In this document: one piece after another, positions 59,960 through 64,000 of the stretch | Numbering within the stretch: the stretch's first letter is position 1 | Layout of the letters: every line of letters starts with the position of its first letter | NCBI GenBank assembly: GCA_045613845.1 | Contig: JAZLBU010000098.1 | Span: 2,510-66,509 of the forward strand | DNA: 64,000 bases | Reading direction: 5' to 3' | Source of the DNA: Prevotella sp. | Lineage (GTDB): Bacteria; Bacteroidota; Bacteroidia; Bacteroidales; Bacteroidaceae | Translations under genes and position numbers: made by a program | Notes under the pieces: generated by a model | Seen by the model: only the letters and a program-made list of their open reading frames with translations | The model's database searches: none | What the model was told of the DNA's origin: nothing

Positions 59960-61141
59960 TTAAAAGATATCGTATCCCACAGGCATATTATACAGTTCAT
60001 GCAACATCTTCTGTATCTTTTTGGTGAAGCTCTTTAGACGCAGACGTGTCAGTTCCTCACCTACTATACCCTCGTCAAAATCATCGTTACGGAATAAATT
60101 ATACAGTTCTGCCTTATGTCGCAGAGTGAGCCGTTTAATACCCTCTTTCTGCACTCTCAGTAATGAGGTTATCACTTTATATTCCAGAGTTTTCTCGTCT
60201 GTTATATGCAGTTTTCTGACTGGCAACTGCAACTGTTCTATTCCCCCACGTTTCTTTGCCTTTCTGTCTGCATAGCGTGGTATGTCACCGATATTTGATG
60301 GTTCAGGGAAGTTATACGACAGACTCTTTGCTCCCTCTATCACCTTGTCTAGCACATCCTCATCGTAGGCATAGAAATATATTCTGCGGAATGAGAGTGC
60401 CTGTTTGTCTTGATTTTCTCCGTTCTCAGCTGAACTTTTTGGTACAAACTTAGCGTCCATCGTGGTGGCTGTAATAAGACAGCGCTCCACGAGCATCTCC
60501 TCTTCTGGTGTGATATAATTCTTGTATGATGAGTCTATAGCCTTCTGGTAGGCGGCAAGTATTGCCTGAGTGTATGCCTGAGCACCTTCCTCCGTTGATA
60601 ATGCTTGCGGTAATATCTCTACACGCTTCTTCAGGTTCAGGTTGCGGATGTCTTTCCACTCTTTCTCGTTTTGTGCTATGAGCGAGGTGGAATGACGTAT
60701 GAGTGGAGCCTGATAGAAAATCAGCGGCAACAGTCTGCGTTTGAAAAATTCCGTGTTGAGCACCTCTGGTGCCATTCCTCCGTAGATTGACACACAGGTC
60801 ACATATCCTTTCCTTCTGGCTGTACGCTCCATTACAAACAGTAACGGATTCCACGAACCATGCACATGCACCAAGTCTGGCTGCAACTGCATCAGGCATT
60901 CCTTTATCACCTTATAGGCATGGTATATTTTGAGAGGATTACTGGTAGAGAGTTTGGGCAGATACACCATTTGAAGTTTATACACATCTTTCAACTGCTG
61001 CTCCATCTCTTTGGTGAAAGGTGATGATGTTACCAAATACGATTCCGTTTGTCTTGACACAGCGGTTATCAGGCGCAACATCTTCTGTGCCTGAGTATTA
61101 TTCAAAGACCAAAAGTCAGGTATGTAATGCAGTATCTTCAT
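59960..61141 (-). CDS. Glycosyltransferase-4-like N-terminal domain protein with an unrecognised C-terminal half
   Basis: MKILHYIP...PDLVHVHGSW. No EX7E sugar-nucleotide-binding motif is seen in the C-terminal half. Confidence 0.65.
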   Translation of the reverse strand: MKILHYIPDFWSLNNTQAQKMLRLITAVSRQTESYLVTSSPFTKEMEQQLKDVYKLQMVYLPKLSTSNPLKIYHAYKVIKECLMQLQPDLVHVHGSWNPLLFVMERTARRKGYVTCVSIYGGMAPEVLNTEFFKRRLLPLIFYQAPLIRHSTSLIAQNEKEWKDIRNLNLKKRVEILPQALSTEEGAQAYTQAILAAYQKAIDSSYKNYITPEEEMLVERCLITATTMDAKFVPKSSAENGENQDKQALSFRRIYFYAYDEDVLDKVIEGAKSLSYNFPEPSNIGDIPRYADRKAKKRGGIEQLQLPVRKLHITDEKTLEYKVITSLLRVQKEGIKRLTLRHKAELYNLFRNDDFDEGIVGEELTRLRLKSFTKKIQKMLHELYNMPVGYDIF

Positions 61142-61162
61142 ACTTGCCGCTTTTCTTCTCTA

Positions 61163-62365
61163 TTAAAGTCTGTGCGTCATGAAATCATATTTGTCTGTAA
61201 CCTTATACAAGACGCGAATAAACATGTTGTATCCAGACACCATCCAATCCATTATTATTGCTTGCGGAGCACTGACATTGCCGAATGCCTCTAATACCGG
61301 GGTGTATATGCGCCATCGCAGTGCTATCTGTCCTATCCAGAACAGTATTGCGCATACCATAAGGAGAATGCCCTCAACAGTACCTTCCTCGCATGTAAAA
61401 ATGTCCACCAGTCCATAGATCACTGCAGCAAGGGTGAGCCAGTTGTATATGTGCATCATCCACAGGTCGAAATGGAACAGCCATCTGAACGAATGTCCAC
61501 GTTTCATAGCACTGAAGGAGTCTATGCTATGCATGTGACGGTAGCGCCACTGTTTTTGTGATGGCATCCTGAATGTCAGCCACGTCTCGGGGTCTATGGC
61601 AATTGCCGTACTGTTTCTGTGCGCAAACTTATTAATTAAGTGCTCATACTCAGCACGCTGGTATTCCAGATAACCTGCAAACCCCTGCTCCTTAAAGAAC
61701 TCCGACTTCTTCAGTGCCACCAGACTTTGGTTGGTTGAGAAAGCCATACCATTCTCTGCCGAACGTAGATGATAAAGCATCGTGCGCAACTGTTCGTATC
61801 TGTAATATGTTGGCGACTCCTTCTCGTAAGGTGTCATTCCTATCACCAAATTGTTATCGTCGCTAATGTGCTGGGCAAAGTTCCTAAGCCATTTATTTGA
61901 GGTTGGGTAGCAATAAACACTGGTTATCACACACCAGTCATATTTCGCAGCCCTCATACCTATCGTTATGGCAAGTTTCTTTCGACTCAAATAGCGTGAT
62001 GATATTGGCAGTTTGGTGTAGTAGAGATGCTTGTTTTCGCTTCTCAGTTTCAGCACATCTTCTGATGCAGTATCATTTTCATCAATTATTATAACCACCT
62101 GATAGTCTGCATTATATTCTTGTGACAGAAAAGAGTCTATCACCTTCTCCAACTGATGTGCGTTATCATGTACCGTGATTATTATTGACACTGGTTTGTC
62201 CTTAAACAATGGCTGTGTTGGTATAGCCTCCTCTTCGGCATCCTCATCCTCTTTTCGTTGGGGCAGATTGTCCTTGTCGGTACGATAGAAAGGAGTACAC
62301 AAAGGGGCTACCAGCGCAAACACCAGCAACACCGCTATCATTATAATCACAGGTAACGAAATCAT
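61163..62365 (-). CDS. Membrane-bound glycosyltransferase family 2-like protein
   Basis: N-terminal TM, PVSIIITVHD, SRKKLAITIGMRAAKYDW and C-terminal TM helices. Confidence 0.8.
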   Translation of the reverse strand: MISLPVIIMIAVLLVFALVAPLCTPFYRTDKDNLPQRKEDEDAEEEAIPTQPLFKDKPVSIIITVHDNAHQLEKVIDSFLSQEYNADYQVVIIIDENDTASEDVLKLRSENKHLYYTKLPISSRYLSRKKLAITIGMRAAKYDWCVITSVYCYPTSNKWLRNFAQHISDDNNLVIGMTPYEKESPTYYRYEQLRTMLYHLRSAENGMAFSTNQSLVALKKSEFFKEQGFAGYLEYQRAEYEHLINKFAHRNSTAIAIDPETWLTFRMPSQKQWRYRHMHSIDSFSAMKRGHSFRWLFHFDLWMMHIYNWLTLAAVIYGLVDIFTCEEGTVEGILLMVCAILFWIGQIALRWRIYTPVLEAFGNVSAPQAIIMDWMVSGYNMFIRVLYKVTDKYDFMTHRL

Positions 62366-62374
62366 CTTTCTTTC

Positions 62375-63520
62375 TTACATCAGATATGCCTTAGGCAACT
62401 TACGGCAATTGTATTGGCAAGCCATAATCTCGCCGTATGCTCCTGCTGAGCGAAGCGCTATCAAGTCGCCACGATGACACTTTGGTAGTTTTTCATTCTT
62501 GCCAAAGACATCGCTTGACTCACATATCGGACCCACCACATCGTATGTTTCTTCTGCCTCCGAGCTTGATATGTTCTGTATCTTGTGGTGAGCATCATAT
62601 AGGGCTGGACGAATAAGGTCTGACATTCCGCCATCCACTATGGCAAACTGCTTGTGGTGGGTGTTCTTGACGTAGAGTATGCGCGTGATGAGCGAACCCA
62701 TCTGGCCTACTACTGCCCTACCCAACTCAAAGTGAACCTGTTGTCCTTCACGCAGTTTGAGGTTCTGGGCGTATGTCTCAAAATACTTCTTGAAGTCTGG
62801 CACAGGTTTGCCGTCAGGGTCGTTATAGGCTATACCTAAGCCACCACCTACGTTGATATTCTTCACCTTTATGCCCTGACTCTCCAAACGATCCTGCAAC
62901 TCGTTCACCCTATTGGCAAGGGCTGCAAAGTCGTCCATTTCGAGTATCTGGCTGCCTATGTGGAAGTGCAACCCTATGAACTCTATATTGCTCAGTTCTT
63001 TGGCTTCCCTTATGGCAAGCTCCATATCCTCCATCGCTATGCCAAACTTATTCTCCATCAGTCCTGTGGTGATGTTGGCATGAGTGTGAGCACCCACATT
63101 AGGGTTGATACGGAAGCATACCTTTGCCGTCTTCTGCTTCTTCTCGGCGAGTTCGTTGATTATACGTAGCTCCTCGAGCGATTCCACGTTAAAACAGAAT
63201 ATGCCTGCATCCAGACCCAGGTTTATCTCCCAGTCGTTTTTGCCTACTCCAGCATAAACTATCTTCTGTGCCTCGAAACCAGCCTTCAGTGCCTGTTGTA
63301 TCTCGCCTCCGCTCACTGCGTCCACACCAAATCCTGCCTTCTGTATCTCTTTGAGTACTTCGAGGTTTGCATTAGCTTTTATGGCATAGTGCAGGTGATA
63401 GTTTGGGCGCTCTGCCAGTTCAGCCTTTATAGTGTCAAGTGTAGCAAGGAGCACCTTCTTATCGTAATAATAAAAAGGTGTCTCGATGCCTTGAAACTTG
63501 TCTGTCGGAAAATTTGTCAT
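62375..63520 (-). CDS. lysA: Diaminopimelate decarboxylase
   Basis: TPFYYYD, YAIKAN, HFHIGSQ, NVGGGLG, ELGR, GPICESSD and GAYG motifs. Confidence 0.97.
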   Translation of the reverse strand: MTNFPTDKFQGIETPFYYYDKKVLLATLDTIKAELAERPNYHLHYAIKANANLEVLKEIQKAGFGVDAVSGGEIQQALKAGFEAQKIVYAGVGKNDWEINLGLDAGIFCFNVESLEELRIINELAEKKQKTAKVCFRINPNVGAHTHANITTGLMENKFGIAMEDMELAIREAKELSNIEFIGLHFHIGSQILEMDDFAALANRVNELQDRLESQGIKVKNINVGGGLGIAYNDPDGKPVPDFKKYFETYAQNLKLREGQQVHFELGRAVVGQMGSLITRILYVKNTHHKQFAIVDGGMSDLIRPALYDAHHKIQNISSSEAEETYDVVGPICESSDVFGKNEKLPKCHRGDLIALRSAGAYGEIMACQYNCRKLPKAYLM

Positions 63521-63555
63521 CTTCTTCTTTGTGCGTTGTATTGTGTTGCTTTGTT

Positions 63556-64000
63556 TCAGGCGAAGAGTTTAGCTGAGAGGTTCTGCAGAGCCTTCTTCTT
63601 ATCTTCAGCCTTGATGAGGAATGAGATATTGTAGTTAGAACCTCCGTATGATATCATGCGCACTGGTATGTTAGCCATAGCATCGGTTACTATTGTCTCA
63701 AAACCTACGTTTGACCAGTCCAGGTCGCCTGCCACACAGATGATACACATATCCTCGTCCACAGTCACCGATCCGTATTTCTTCAGTTCGTCAACTATGC
63801 GCTGCAAGTTGCTCTTGTTGTCTATTGACACGCTCACACCTACCTCTGAGGTGGTCACCATATCGATTGGGGTGTTGTTTACCTCGAATATCTCGAACAC
63901 CTTTCTCAAGAAACCTGTAGCAAGCAACATTCGGCTTGACTTGATTTTTATGGCTGTGATATTGTCCTTTGCGGCTACAGCCTTAATCTTGCCACGCACC
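63556..64000 (-). CDS. lysC: Aspartate kinase, C-terminal ACT domains (gene begins right of the window)
   Basis: IKAVAAKD, GFLRKVFEIF, IDMVTTSEVGVS and RMISYGGSNYNIS; directly upstream of lysA. Confidence 0.93.
   Translation of the reverse strand, partial: VRGKIKAVAAKDNITAIKIKSSRMLLATGFLRKVFEIFEVNNTPIDMVTTSEVGVSVSIDNKSNLQRIVDELKKYGSVTVDEDMCIICVAGDLDWSNVGFETIVTDAMANIPVRMISYGGSNYNISFLIKAEDKKKALQNLSAKLFA

Overview
This 64 kb window looks like chromosomal core genome of a Bacteroidales organism, most likely Prevotellaceae. That call is inferred from gene content and the repeated TAnnTTTG promoter motifs. It holds about 50 mostly housekeeping genes, including recJ, recQ, prfC, hisS, purA, folD, ffh, rfbDCB, nadC, tgt, lon, rimO, ftsY, trkAH, dxs, asd, rho, thrA-apgM-thrC, truA, fbp, lysA and lysC. 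It also carries the RNase P RNA gene (rnpB, minus strand) and the 3' end of a HipA-family toxin at the left edge. I found no tRNA, rRNA, CRISPR array, transposase or integrase. The unexplained signal is a modular family of short DNA repeats. (i) An array at 2106-2203 alternates a constant 8-nt linker (TACGATAC) with different perfect mini-hairpins. (ii) The same linker and hairpin modules recur at about 1.0, 33.6 and 38.5 kb; the last lies between a consensus promoter and a terminator and may be an sRNA. (iii) Tandem 7- and 8-mer arrays fill many intergenic gaps exactly. (iv) The same repeat units and related palindromes sit in frame inside protein genes (clearly in ftsY and a GH10-like gene; probably in prfC, hisS and a zinc-ribbon gene; weakly in fbp and dxs). 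(v) A separate 154-bp element has 27-bp inverted ends and an AT palindrome core. Gene calls come from recognised motifs, not database searches. Comparisons with homologs are from memory and need alignment to confirm.
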